Of a stretch of 64,000 nt of DNA, positions 19,051-30,787 are shown in pieces (the first letter of the stretch is position 1; every line of letters starts with the position of its first letter). The stretch covers positions 61,262 through 125,261 of the forward strand of contig JASMHC010000013.1 of assembly GCA_030750975.1 (NCBI GenBank), written 5' to 3'. A model generated the notes under the pieces. It was not told the DNA's origin. It did not search any database and saw nothing but the letters and a program-made list of their open reading frames with translations. The translations under genes were made by a program, and so were the position numbers. Origin of the DNA: Paracoccaceae bacterium. GTDB lineage: Bacteria > Pseudomonadota > Alphaproteobacteria > Rhodobacterales > Rhodobacteraceae.

Positions 19051-19973
19051 TGGCCCAGATTTATGACCGCGTCGCCCTGATCGGATTGGGATTGATCGCG
19101 TCGTCAATGTATTGGGCGATCAAGCGCGGCGGTCTGGCAAAAGAGGTGACGGGCTATGCGCGGTCGCAAGCCACCCGGGAGACGGCACGCGGGATCGGTC
19201 TGTGCGACATTGTCTGCGACAGCGCGGCCGAGGCTTGCGACGGTGCTGATCTGGTGGTGCTATGCGTGCCCGTGGGCGCGATGGCCAGCGTGGCCGCCGA
19301 AATTGCACCGGTGCTGAAACCCGGTGCGACGGTTTCGGATGTCGGCTCGGTCAAGAAATCGGTGATCTCGGCGGTGGCGCCGCATCTGCCCGAGAATGTG
19401 CATTTTGTCCCCGCCCATCCGCTGGCAGGGACTGAGCATTCCGGCCCGACATCGGGGTTTGCCGAACTGTTTGACAACCGCTGGTGCATTCTGGTGCCCG
19501 AAGGGGCGGATGCGGATGCAACGGCGAAGCTGCGCGCATTCTGGGAAGCCATGGGCGCCAATGTGGAAACGATGGATGCCGAGCACCATGATCTGGTGCT
19601 GGCCGTCACCTCGCACACGCCGCACCTGATCGCCTATACGATGGTCGGTGTGGCGGATGATTTGCGTCGGGTGACTGACAGCGAGGTGATCAAATACTCG
19701 GCAGCGGGATTTCGGGATTTCACCCGGATTGCCGCCTCGGACCCGACCATGTGGCGTGATGTCTTTCTGACCAACAAGGACGCGACGCTGGAAATCCTTG
19801 GCCGGTTCACCGAAGAGCTGTTTGCCCTGCAGCGGGCGATCCGCACCGGGGACGGGGAAATGCTGCACGATTATTTCACCCATACACGGGAAATCCGCCG
19901 CGGGATTATCGAGGCGGGGCAGGATACCGATGCGCCGGATTTCGGACGCAGCGGCACCAAAGCCGGGGAATAG
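19050..19973 (+). CDS. tyrC: prephenate/arogenate dehydrogenase family protein
   Basis: Rossmann motif VALIGLGLIASS and HPLAGTEHSG motif. Its ATG overlaps the hisC stop (TGATG). Confidence 0.8.
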   Translation: MAQIYDRVALIGLGLIASSMYWAIKRGGLAKEVTGYARSQATRETARGIGLCDIVCDSAAEACDGADLVVLCVPVGAMASVAAEIAPVLKPGATVSDVGSVKKSVISAVAPHLPENVHFVPAHPLAGTEHSGPTSGFAELFDNRWCILVPEGADADATAKLRAFWEAMGANVETMDAEHHDLVLAVTSHTPHLIAYTMVGVADDLRRVTDSEVIKYSAAGFRDFTRIAASDPTMWRDVFLTNKDATLEILGRFTEELFALQRAIRTGDGEMLHDYFTHTREIRRGIIEAGQDTDAPDFGRSGTKAGE

Positions 19974-20006
19974 GGTGTTTCGCCTGCGATGCAGGCGATG
20001 TGGCAA

Positions 20007-20075
20007 GGGGGCGCTGCCCCCTCACCAGCCACGGTGCGTGGCTGGTTTCACCCCCGGGATATTTGCGGTCAAAAG
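20007..20075 (+). repeat. two-hairpin intergenic repeat, copy B
   Basis: GGGGGCGCTGCCCCC-TCACCAGCCACGGTGCGTGGCTGGTTTCA-CCCCCGGGATATTTGCGGTCAAAAG, between convergent tyrC and the DUF2125 gene. Confidence 0.85.
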
Positions 20076-20081
20076 ATAGGA

Positions 20082-21083
20082 TTATGGCAGCGATATCCGT
20101 GGGGCGTCGCCCAGCATCAGCGGGCCGAGCCAGATTTTGCCATTGGTGAAATCAAAGGGCAGGTCGAGCGTTGACGGATTGCCGGACAGGCCGGAAATCA
20201 GGGTTAGGGTAAAGTCGATCTGATCCAGAACCCGGGGCGAAAGGCGGCCGGATTTGCGTTCCTTTGCCAGCATGTCGCGCCAGTTGCGGACCTTGACGGT
20301 GATCTGGCCCACCGGGGTGCCGGAGGGTGTGATGTCAAGATCTCCGGCCGCGGCAAGGGTCAGGCCCGACCACCGGGCATCGGCCAGGTTCAGGCGCAGC
20401 GCAACCGGTTGCGGGCGGGCGTTTTCAACCGCGCTGCGGTCCAGCGGTGCCGACAGGGTCAGGTCGATATCGGCGGTCAGCCGCTCGATCGGCGGCTGGT
20501 TGCCATCCTGTCCGGTGATGTTGATCCAGCCGGGCAGGGCGCCTTTGACCCCGCGCGCATCCAGCGCCAGCTGATAGATGGCGTCGCCGGTTTCGGATTG
20601 TTGCAGGCTGAGCTGCATGACATCGGCGGTAAGATCCCAGTTGGCATCCGAGGCGACATTCAGCCCTTCGGTCACAAGGATCACCCGCTGGGGCTGCCAG
20701 CGCGAGACATCGGCCATTTCCAGGCTGGCCCGCATGTCGGCGGTGGTCAGGGTGATCGCCTCGTCCGGGGTGGCGAAGCTTTGCGTATTGGGCCAGACGG
20801 TGATCAGGTGCGCCGGGTTATAGGTGAAGCGGAAGAATTGCAGGAACGGGGCTTCCCAGAAGAGACCGCTTTCGGGATCGCCCAGCCTTGGGGCGGTCAG
20901 GGTGGTGTCCAGCCGGTTGGGGAAGCCGAAGATTTGCAGATCGGAATAATCCGCTGCCCAGCCTTCGGCGCGGCGGGCGTCAAACCAGTTGGCAATGGCG
21001 GTTTTCTGGGCACTGGCCGACCAGGCCCAGAAGCCCGCCCATAAAAGCGCCGCCGCAATGACGATAAATGTCAGCCGTTTCAT
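20082..21083 (-). CDS. DUF2125-like secreted/membrane-anchored protein
   Basis: N-terminal signal/anchor MKRLTFIVIAAALLWAGFWAWSASA. Family assignment is from memory of alpha-specific DUF2125. Confidence 0.5.
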   Translation of the reverse strand: MKRLTFIVIAAALLWAGFWAWSASAQKTAIANWFDARRAEGWAADYSDLQIFGFPNRLDTTLTAPRLGDPESGLFWEAPFLQFFRFTYNPAHLITVWPNTQSFATPDEAITLTTADMRASLEMADVSRWQPQRVILVTEGLNVASDANWDLTADVMQLSLQQSETGDAIYQLALDARGVKGALPGWINITGQDGNQPPIERLTADIDLTLSAPLDRSAVENARPQPVALRLNLADARWSGLTLAAAGDLDITPSGTPVGQITVKVRNWRDMLAKERKSGRLSPRVLDQIDFTLTLISGLSGNPSTLDLPFDFTNGKIWLGPLMLGDAPRISLP

Positions 21084-21147
21084 GCGTGATCCCTTTTGCT
21101 TGCGTGCCATATGGTGTTTAGAAGGGCGGAAAGGCAAGGACCTGATC

Positions 21148-21702
21148 ATGACTCTTTGGGTATTCGGCTATGGATCGCTTTTGTGGAACCCCGGTTTTGA
21201 ACCGGCGGAGACCGAGATTGCCACGCTGGAAGGCTATGCCCGCAGTTTCTGCATGCGGTCGATTCACCATCGCGGCACCGAGGACGACCCCGGCCTGGTG
21301 CTGGCGCTGGACAAATCCGAGGACGCCATGTGCCACGGCATGGCCTTGCGCGTTCGCCCCGGCGAGGAAGACCGCGTGCTGACCGAACTGCGCGAGCGCG
21401 AGCTGATATCCTCGGCCTATTACGAGGATCACGTGATGCTGGGGCTGGAAGATGGCCGCCGGATCGAGGCGGTGGCCTATATCATCGATCCCGATCATGT
21501 TCAGTATTGTCATCTAGAACTGGAAACCCAGGCCCGGATCATTGCCCGCGCGGTTGGCGGGCGGGGTCCGAACTGGGAATACCTGTTCAACACCTCGGCC
21601 CATCTGAACGAGGTGGGGCTTGAGGATGCCGATCTGAATTGGTTGACCCAGCGGGTGGGCGACCTGATGAAACAGGCGCCGGGCGGATCGGACCGGGCCT
21701 GA
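21148..21702 (+). CDS. ChaC-family gamma-glutamylcyclotransferase
   Basis: N-terminus MTLWVFGYGSLLWNPGF is the ChaC/GGCT signature. Confidence 0.75.
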   Translation: MTLWVFGYGSLLWNPGFEPAETEIATLEGYARSFCMRSIHHRGTEDDPGLVLALDKSEDAMCHGMALRVRPGEEDRVLTELRERELISSAYYEDHVMLGLEDGRRIEAVAYIIDPDHVQYCHLELETQARIIARAVGGRGPNWEYLFNTSAHLNEVGLEDADLNWLTQRVGDLMKQAPGGSDRA

Positions 21703-21854
21703 TCCCGCAACTGGCAGAGGCTTGAAGGGATCCTTGCGTGATCGGGCCGCGCCGTCTTTGTGCCCATTGGCGCAGTGCTTTTGGATAGCCCTTGGCTTGG
21801 GCCAAGCTTTTGCCTATGGTCCGCGCTAAATCACCAGCCTTGGGAGACGTCCGA

Positions 21855-23042
21855 ATGGGCATGCTGGAACCAGAGGTCAAAGCGCAGTTTTCACAACCTT
21901 TCCGCCAGATCATGCTGATGCTGATCGTGCTCGGCCTGACGGCCGCGCTTGTGGTGCTGGCCTATCCGCGCGTGTCGTCGGTGTTTCTGGCGAACCCGTG
22001 GTTGAACGGGGTTATCGCCGGTGTGTTTGTCATCGGCGTGTTGGCCTGTTTTTTTCAGGTGGCGCAGATGATGTCATCGGTGCGCTGGATCGAAGGCTTT
22101 GCCGCCCAGACACCGGGGCACGAGCTGACGAAGGCTCCGCGCCTGCTGGCCCCTTTGGCGGCGTTGCTGCGGTCGCGTGGCAAGCAGATGCAAATCTCGG
22201 CCAGCTCGTCGCAATCGATATTGGATTCCGTCGCCAGCCGGATCGAGGAAGTGCGCGACATCACGCGCTATATCGTCAATACGCTGATCTTCCTTGGCCT
22301 GCTGGGCACATTCTATGGTCTGGCCACGACCGTACCGGCGCTGGTTGATACGATCCGGTCGCTTGTGCCCGACGAGGGCGAGGCCAGCGTTGCGGTATTC
22401 TCGCGTCTGATGGCGGGGCTGGAATCGCAGTTGGGCGGCATGGGCATTGCCTTTGCGTCGTCGCTGCTGGGGCTGGCGGGATCGCTGGTTGTGGGCTTGC
22501 TGGAACTGTTTGCCGGTCACGGCCAGAACCGGTTCTATCGCGAGCTTGAGGAATGGCTGTCGACCATCACCCGGCTGGGCATTGCCACCGGTGACGGCGA
22601 AGCGTCGCCTGAACAATCGGCGATGGTGATGATGGCCGATCATTTGTCGCAGCAGATGGAAATGCTGCATGCGATGATCGCCAAATCGGACCAAAGCCGG
22701 CAGGCGGCGGATCAGCGGCTGGAGCAATTGATGGTCTCGATGGACCGGATGACCGACCGGATGCGCAGCGACGACAGCTCGGAACTGATTGCGCGGGTGG
22801 TTGACGGGCAGACCCGTCTGATCGAAGCGCTTGAAAAGACCGGCGCCGGTGGCGGGGCCGAAATTGACGCCGAAAGCCGGATGCGTCTGCGCAGCATGGA
22901 TCAGCAGCTTTTGAAAATCCTGGAAGAATTGTCTGCCGGACGGCAGGAAGCCATGGCCGAGCTGCATAACGATATCGCCGCCCTTCACCGCAGCCTGCAA
23001 CAGCTTGCCCCCGGACGCGGCGGCCCCTTTAGCGAGGGCTAG
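21855..23042 (+). CDS. MotA/TolQ/ExbB-family proton-channel protein with a ~150-aa C-terminal helical tail
   Basis: Four TM segments. MotA_ExbB signature region IFLGLLGTFYGL ... GIAFASSLLGLAGSLVVGLLELF. GGGAGA RBS before ATG 21855. Confidence 0.7.
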   Translation: MGMLEPEVKAQFSQPFRQIMLMLIVLGLTAALVVLAYPRVSSVFLANPWLNGVIAGVFVIGVLACFFQVAQMMSSVRWIEGFAAQTPGHELTKAPRLLAPLAALLRSRGKQMQISASSSQSILDSVASRIEEVRDITRYIVNTLIFLGLLGTFYGLATTVPALVDTIRSLVPDEGEASVAVFSRLMAGLESQLGGMGIAFASSLLGLAGSLVVGLLELFAGHGQNRFYRELEEWLSTITRLGIATGDGEASPEQSAMVMMADHLSQQMEMLHAMIAKSDQSRQAADQRLEQLMVSMDRMTDRMRSDDSSELIARVVDGQTRLIEALEKTGAGGGAEIDAESRMRLRSMDQQLLKILEELSAGRQEAMAELHNDIAALHRSLQQLAPGRGGPFSEG

Positions 23043-23044
23043 GG

Positions 23045-25747
23045 ATGGCGCTTCACCGCCGAACGGGTTCGCGTTTCCAGGCCTCGATCTGGCCGGGATT
23101 TGTGGACGCGATGACAGGGCTGCTTTTGGTTCTGATGTTCGTGCTGACCATCTTTACCGTGATCCAGTTCGTGTTGATGGAAACCATCTCCGGCCAACAG
23201 GACGAAATGGGCGAACTGACCGCCGAGGTTTCGGCCCTTGCAGATGCGCTGGGTCTGGAGAGGGACCGAACCGCGCAATTGACCGATCGGGTCGGGTCGC
23301 TTGAAACCACGCTGGATGACGCCGAAGCGCAGGTGGCCGCGCAGATCGCGATGATCGCATCGTTGCGCACCGATCTTGCGGGGCGCAACGCGGCGCTTGA
23401 CGACGCCAACGCGCGGATCACCGCGTTCGAGGATCAGGTTGCCGCCCTGCTGTCGGAACAGGCGGATGCCGTCGCGCGGATTACCGATCTGGAAGCGGCG
23501 GAAGATGCCTTGCTGACCGAGCAAGAGGCGTTGAACCTTGCCCTGGCCTCGGCCCGGTCCGAGATAGACGCCCAGGTCGAAGCGGCGCGGCTGGCGGCAG
23601 CGCGTGAGGAAGCGCTGAATGCGCTGGTTGAGGATTTGCGAAGCCAGAATGCCGACACCAATGACAGCCTTGCCGCCGCTTTGGCCGAATTGACAGGCGA
23701 ACAGGACAAGGTTCAGGCCCTGTCGCAAGAGCTGTTTGATACTTTGGCGAAACTGTCGGACACGGAAGACAGGCTTTCGGATACCGAACTGGCGTTGCTT
23801 GAGGAAGAAAAGGCCAAGCTGGCCGAACAGGCCGCCGTGGCGGCGCTGCGTGAACGCCTGTCGGAAACCCAGGCAGAGCTGAGCGACGAGGAAAAAGCCA
23901 AACTGGCCGAGGCCGCGGCGGCGGAAGCCCTTCGCGAGCGGTTGAAGAACGCCCAGGCCGAACTGACCGCGATGACGCTTGCCTTGGACGAAAAGCGCAA
24001 AGAAGCCGAAGAAACCCTGACCTTGCTGGCCGCGTCACGATCGGCAGAGGAAGGATTGAACGAAAAGCTGGCGGCGGCTTTGCTGGCCAATGCCGAACTG
24101 GACCTGAAGCTGAACGAAACCCGTGCGGCGCTGGACGCCGCATCGCAGGCGCGTGAAGACGCCGGATCGAAGCTGACCTCGGTCGAGGCGGCTTTGGTGC
24201 AGGCCTTGCTGGATCTGGACGAAGGTACAGCGGCGCGGAACGAAACGCAGGCCCGTCTGGCCGAGGCTGATCAGGCGCTGTCGCGGGCGCGGGATCGCGA
24301 ACGGGTGCTCGAGCGGCAATTGGCGGCGTTGCGCGTGCAGATCGACAGCGGCGAGACCGCTTTGGGTGACATGACCCAACGCTACGAGGCGGAACTGGCG
24401 GCACGGCTTGAAGCCGAGGAAGCGGTCAATCAGGCAGGTGCAGCGCGCAGCGAATTGACCAGCCTTCTGGCCTCGGCCCGCACGGCCGCCGAAATCGCCA
24501 ATGAAACAGCGCAGGCGGCGTTGGCCTCGCAGGCGGCCAGCGAAGCGCGGGTTGGCGAATTGAGCGACGCCCTGGCGCGGGCGCGAGCCAGCGCCGAAGA
24601 AGCGGCGATTGACGCGGATCAGGCCCGCGACCTCGCGGCCGAGCTTGAGCTGCGTCTGGCCCAGGTTCTGGCAACGCGCGACGAACTGACCGCCAGCCGC
24701 GACGATCTGGAAACCCGATTGGCCGCGGCGCTTGCCTCGCGTTTGGCGGCGCAGGCCGAAGCGGACAGCGCGGCTGATCTGCAACAGGCCTTGGCCAAGG
24801 CGCTTGAAGCCAAGCTTGCGGCGGAAAGTGCCGCGCAAAACAGTGATGCGCAACTGGCCGAGGCCGAAAAATCCCTGACCGAACTGCGTGCCCGTCTGGC
24901 AGAGGCATTGTTGCAGCAGCAAACCGCCGACGAAATCGCCGCCGCCCGCATAAGCGATGCCGAGCGGGCCGAGGCCCTGTTGGCAACCGCAAGGCAGGAA
25001 CTGGCCGAGGCGGAAGACATCAATGCCAAATCGCAGCGCGAAATGGAGTTGCTGAACCAGCAGGTTGCCGATCTGCGTGTGCAAATGGGCAAGTTGCAGG
25101 CGCTGGTGGACGAATCCGAAGCCAAGGACGTGGCCGCGCAGGTGCAAATCACCGCGCTGGGCAACAAGCTGAACACCGCTTTGGCCCGCGCCACCGCAGA
25201 AGAGCGGCGGGCGCGTCAGGCCGAGGAAGAGGTGAACGCGCTTCTCGAGGCCGAGAAGGCGCGGCTTGAGGCCGAAAACGAGGCTTTGGCAAGATACCGT
25301 TCAGACTTTTTCGGCCGCCTGCGTGAATTGATCGGCGACCGCGAGGGTATCCAGATTGTCGGGGACCGTTTCGTGTTCTCGTCCGAGGTGCTGTTCTCAT
25401 CCGGCGAGGCCGAGCTGTCGCCCGAAGGCCGAAACGAGATCGGAAGCATTGCCGATCTATTGCTGGACGTCACCCGAGAGATCCCGCCCGAGATCGACTG
25501 GATTATCCGTGTAGACGGTCACACCGATAATGTGCCGTTGCGCGCCGGGGCCGAATATGCCGACAATTGGGAATTGTCACAGGCCCGTGCCCTTTCGGTC
25601 GTGCGCGATCTGGTCGACGGGCACGGCTTTGATCCGGCCCGGCTTTCGGCCAACGGGTTCGGGGAATTCCAGCCACTGAACCGGGAAAACACCGCCGCGG
25701 CCCGTGCCCAGAACCGCCGGATCGAATTGAAACTGACGGAAAGATAA
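23045..25747 (+). CDS. MotB-like protein: TM anchor with conserved Asp, ~700-aa coiled coil, C-terminal OmpA/MotB peptidoglycan-binding domain
   Basis: WPGFVDAMTGLLLVLMFVL (MotB-type Asp21). Ala/Glu/Leu-rich heptad region. C-terminus has TDNVPL, NWELSQARALSV and NRRIELKL. Starts 2 nt after the MotA-like stop. Confidence 0.75.
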   Translation: MALHRRTGSRFQASIWPGFVDAMTGLLLVLMFVLTIFTVIQFVLMETISGQQDEMGELTAEVSALADALGLERDRTAQLTDRVGSLETTLDDAEAQVAAQIAMIASLRTDLAGRNAALDDANARITAFEDQVAALLSEQADAVARITDLEAAEDALLTEQEALNLALASARSEIDAQVEAARLAAAREEALNALVEDLRSQNADTNDSLAAALAELTGEQDKVQALSQELFDTLAKLSDTEDRLSDTELALLEEEKAKLAEQAAVAALRERLSETQAELSDEEKAKLAEAAAAEALRERLKNAQAELTAMTLALDEKRKEAEETLTLLAASRSAEEGLNEKLAAALLANAELDLKLNETRAALDAASQAREDAGSKLTSVEAALVQALLDLDEGTAARNETQARLAEADQALSRARDRERVLERQLAALRVQIDSGETALGDMTQRYEAELAARLEAEEAVNQAGAARSELTSLLASARTAAEIANETAQAALASQAASEARVGELSDALARARASAEEAAIDADQARDLAAELELRLAQVLATRDELTASRDDLETRLAAALASRLAAQAEADSAADLQQALAKALEAKLAAESAAQNSDAQLAEAEKSLTELRARLAEALLQQQTADEIAAARISDAERAEALLATARQELAEAEDINAKSQREMELLNQQVADLRVQMGKLQALVDESEAKDVAAQVQITALGNKLNTALARATAEERRARQAEEEVNALLEAEKARLEAENEALARYRSDFFGRLRELIGDREGIQIVGDRFVFSSEVLFSSGEAELSPEGRNEIGSIADLLLDVTREIPPEIDWIIRVDGHTDNVPLRAGAEYADNWELSQARALSVVRDLVDGHGFDPARLSANGFGEFQPLNRENTAAARAQNRRIELKLTER

Positions 25748-25779
25748 GGCGCTGATGCTTTAGGTGATGTGGCTGCGGA

Positions 25780-26199
25780 TTACCCGGCCAGATAAGCCCG
25801 GGCCTTGCGGCGCACATCATCGGGAATGACAACGGCTTTGCGTGTCTCAAAGCTTAGCAGGGCCAGTTTCGCCGTGCTTTCGAAGCACAGCTTGTCGCCG
25901 TCCGTCTGGAAAAGCCGATGGTGGAAGGTCATCGATTTTGTGCCGATGGCTTTGATTTCGGTCGTCATGTAGATGGACTCGCCTACTTCAAGCTCGGCGT
26001 GGAAATCTGCCTGAATATGCACCACGGCAAAAGACAGTTTGCGGCCCTCGCGCAGGTCTTTGGCGGTCAGACCCAACAGGGTTTGAAAATTCGCCACCGC
26101 ATCGGAACATGCCACGAAATAGCGCGACACATTCATATGTCCAAGCGCATCGCAATCCTTTGGCTCAACGGTGCTGCGATAGGTTTCGGTGGCTGGCAT
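25780..26199 (-). CDS. 4HBT-type hotdog thioesterase
   Basis: 140 aa with CDALGHMNVSRYF motif. ATG 26199 has AGGAGC upstream. Confidence 0.7.
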   Translation of the reverse strand: MPATETYRSTVEPKDCDALGHMNVSRYFVACSDAVANFQTLLGLTAKDLREGRKLSFAVVHIQADFHAELEVGESIYMTTEIKAIGTKSMTFHHRLFQTDGDKLCFESTAKLALLSFETRKAVVIPDDVRRKARAYLAG

Positions 26200-26258
26200 T
26201 GCAGGCTCCTGCTGGGTGTTATGCAAGCGTAGAGGGCAAGCGCAATCGGCGACAAGAG

Positions 26259-26286
26259 AAAACCCGCGGACGGGGCCGCGGGTTTT
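26259..26286 (-). terminator. rho-independent terminator downstream of clpA
   Basis: AAAACCCGCGG-ACGGGG-CCGCGGGTTTT; symmetric A/T tracts allow function in both directions. Confidence 0.6.
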
Positions 26287-26353
26287 GCTGTGACGTTGCG
26301 AAACGCCAGGCGCTTCGCCCTTTTGTTGGGACATGGCGACGGGACGAAAGGCT

Positions 26354-28684
<2,331 letters not shown>

Positions 28685-28955
28685 TTCGTGCGCTCCTTTA
28701 TTGTTGTGTTGGCGATCACGAACCAGTGTAACCGCAGATATCTTAAACTTTGGCCCTTCTGCGCCTGTCTTCAAGGCTTTTTTTGCTTCAAGCTGTCATC
28801 AACCTGATCACAAATTGTTAAAGCGTTCGGCCCAAATCCTGAAAAACCGGTTTTGGGCGGACCATGCGCGGCAGTGATCTGGCGCACAGTGCCCCCGCCT
28901 TGTGCCAACCGCAATACCGGCGCCGGGCGTGATTTGCGCAAGGAGACGCTTGCGT

Positions 28956-29723
28956 TCAGAAATTGTCTTTGGCTTGCCTGACCTTGGCGAAAACGGCACC
29001 TGCATCCTGTCCGGTCATACCGACGCTTTTCTGCACCTCTTCCACGTGGCCGCGCAGGAACGGGTTGGTGGCAAGTTCCTGCCCGAGGGTCGATGGCACG
29101 GTCGGTTCGCCTTTGGCGCGGGCGGCTTTGACGCTGTCGATGCGGGCCACCAGATCGGGGTTTCCCGGTTCGATGGTCATCGCGAACCGGCCATTGGCCA
29201 GGGTATATTCATGGCCCGAACAGACAAGTGTTTCGGGCGGCAGCGCCATCAGCTTTTGCAGGCTCGCCCACATCTGGTCGGCGGGGCCTTCGAACAGGCG
29301 GCCGCAGCCAAGCGCCATCAGGCTGTCGGCGGTGAAAACGGCATTGGCGGCTTCGACATGGAAGGCAAGATGCCCGAACGTGTGGCCCGAAACATCCATC
29401 ACTCGCGCCGCCCCCGACCCGATGGGCACCATATCGCCCTCGGTCACTTTTCGGTGCAGCGGCGGCAGGCGGTCGGCGTCTTGCGCATTGCCGATCACCT
29501 CGGCGCTGTGTTCGGCCAGAATGCCCGCCAGGCCGTCAACATGGTCATAGTGGTGATGGGTGAGGAACACCTGATCCAGTGACCAGCCACGTTCGGCCAA
29601 GGCCCTTAAGATGGGTGCCTCTTCCGGGGCGTCGAACAATGCGGTTGTGCCGGTGTCATTTTCGTGCAGCAAGAAGGCGTAATTGTCTGCTAGACAGGGG
29701 AGTGTAACAATTTCGAATGACAT
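28956..29723 (-). CDS. gloB: hydroxyacylglutathione hydrolase (glyoxalase II)
   Basis: Metallo-beta-lactamase motif THHHYDHVDG. About 255 aa. ATG 29723. Confidence 0.85.
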   Translation of the reverse strand: MSFEIVTLPCLADNYAFLLHENDTGTTALFDAPEEAPILRALAERGWSLDQVFLTHHHYDHVDGLAGILAEHSAEVIGNAQDADRLPPLHRKVTEGDMVPIGSGAARVMDVSGHTFGHLAFHVEAANAVFTADSLMALGCGRLFEGPADQMWASLQKLMALPPETLVCSGHEYTLANGRFAMTIEPGNPDLVARIDSVKAARAKGEPTVPSTLGQELATNPFLRGHVEEVQKSVGMTGQDAGAVFAKVRQAKDNF

Positions 29724-29784
29724 GGGCTTACCTCTGGGCGTTTCTGTGCTTAACTCAGATTGACCCATAGGCGGGACCTTCGCA

Positions 29785-30528
29785 ATGCATCTGGATGTTC
29801 AGGACCTGAGAAACTTCTATTACCGTAGCGCCCTGGGGCGAACCGTCCAGAAGTCGATCCGCGAACAAATTCTGCTGCGCTGGCCCGAGGCGAAGGGCCA
29901 GACCGTGGTCGGATATGGGTTCGCGGTGCCGCTGCTGCGGCCCTATCTGAAGGATGCGCGCCGGGTCACGGCCTTGATGCCGGGACCGCAAGGGGTGATG
30001 CCCTGGCCTGCGGGGCTGCCCAATGTTTCGGTGCTGTGTCACGAAACCATGTGGCCGATTGATACAGGGCAGGTGGACAAGCTGGTGATCATGCATGGCC
30101 TGGAAACCAGCGACGACCCGAGCAACCTGCTGGACGAGGCGTTCCGCGTGCTTGGCCCGGGCGGCAAGCTGATGCTGGTTGTGCCCAATCGCGCGGGCCT
30201 GTGGATGCGCAACGACGACACGCCGTTCGGCTATGGGCGACCTTATAGCCTTGGTCAGCTTGAAACCCTGCTGCAAATCCACGATTTCATGCCCGAGTAC
30301 CACTGCGGTGCCTTGCATTTCGGCCCGTGGCAGACGCGATTCTGGCTGAAGGCCAGCGGCATGTTGGAACGGATGGGCAACCGGCTTTCAAACGTGCTGA
30401 CCAGCGGCGTGCTGATCATCGAGGCCGACAAACGGGTCAACGCCCCGATTGATCGCGGGTCGGCAGTTGCTGACCGCCCCCTTAAAGTGCTCGGTGCATT
30501 GCGTCCTGCGGACGCGAGACCGGTTTAA
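29785..30528 (+). CDS. class I SAM-dependent methyltransferase
   Basis: 247 aa with methyltransferase-like core ([11 protein letters not shown]..., [13 protein letters not shown]). Divergent from gloB. Confidence 0.6.
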   Translation: MHLDVQDLRNFYYRSALGRTVQKSIREQILLRWPEAKGQTVVGYGFAVPLLRPYLKDARRVTALMPGPQGVMPWPAGLPNVSVLCHETMWPIDTGQVDKLVIMHGLETSDDPSNLLDEAFRVLGPGGKLMLVVPNRAGLWMRNDDTPFGYGRPYSLGQLETLLQIHDFMPEYHCGALHFGPWQTRFWLKASGMLERMGNRLSNVLTSGVLIIEADKRVNAPIDRGSAVADRPLKVLGALRPADARPV

Positions 30529-30787
30529 CGCTAACTGACTCGTAAAAAAGTGCCGAAAATTGATCTTTTAGCCTTTGCTGCGTGTGCGCAATAGGTCGCA
30601 TGTTTTCTAACCTGCTGTAATCATTGACACATCCATATTTCAGAATGCAACATCACGTGTTGCTGAACAGGAATGTGTCTGCTAAATCGTCGCTGATTTT
30701 AACGCTGCGGGGCAACCGTAGCCCGTAAACGCCCCCGGGTCGGTTTCATCGAACCGTGAACCGGGGCCAGAAATCGGAAGGGTGGAC

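Noticed and set aside
21855-25747. Canonical Zorya (or other known MotAB-based) defence system
   Set aside because: No ZorC/ZorD-like (or ZorE) genes follow; the next genes are a convergent thioesterase and clpA. The long coiled coil is on the MotB-like rather than the MotA-like subunit. Kept only as an analogy in the finding.
28685-28955. Expected clpS upstream of clpA
   Set aside because: The 270-bp gap is too short for clpS and contains only a 65-aa ORF with no ClpS-like sequence. clpS is presumably elsewhere, and I cannot judge from this window whether that is unusual.
30529-30787. Promoter or sRNA in the AT-rich atp operon upstream region (TTGACA at ~30634; hairpin GCAACA-TCACG-TGTTGC)
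   Set aside because: I found no -10 element at acceptable spacing from the TTGACA, and the hairpins are short. Not enough evidence to annotate specific sites.
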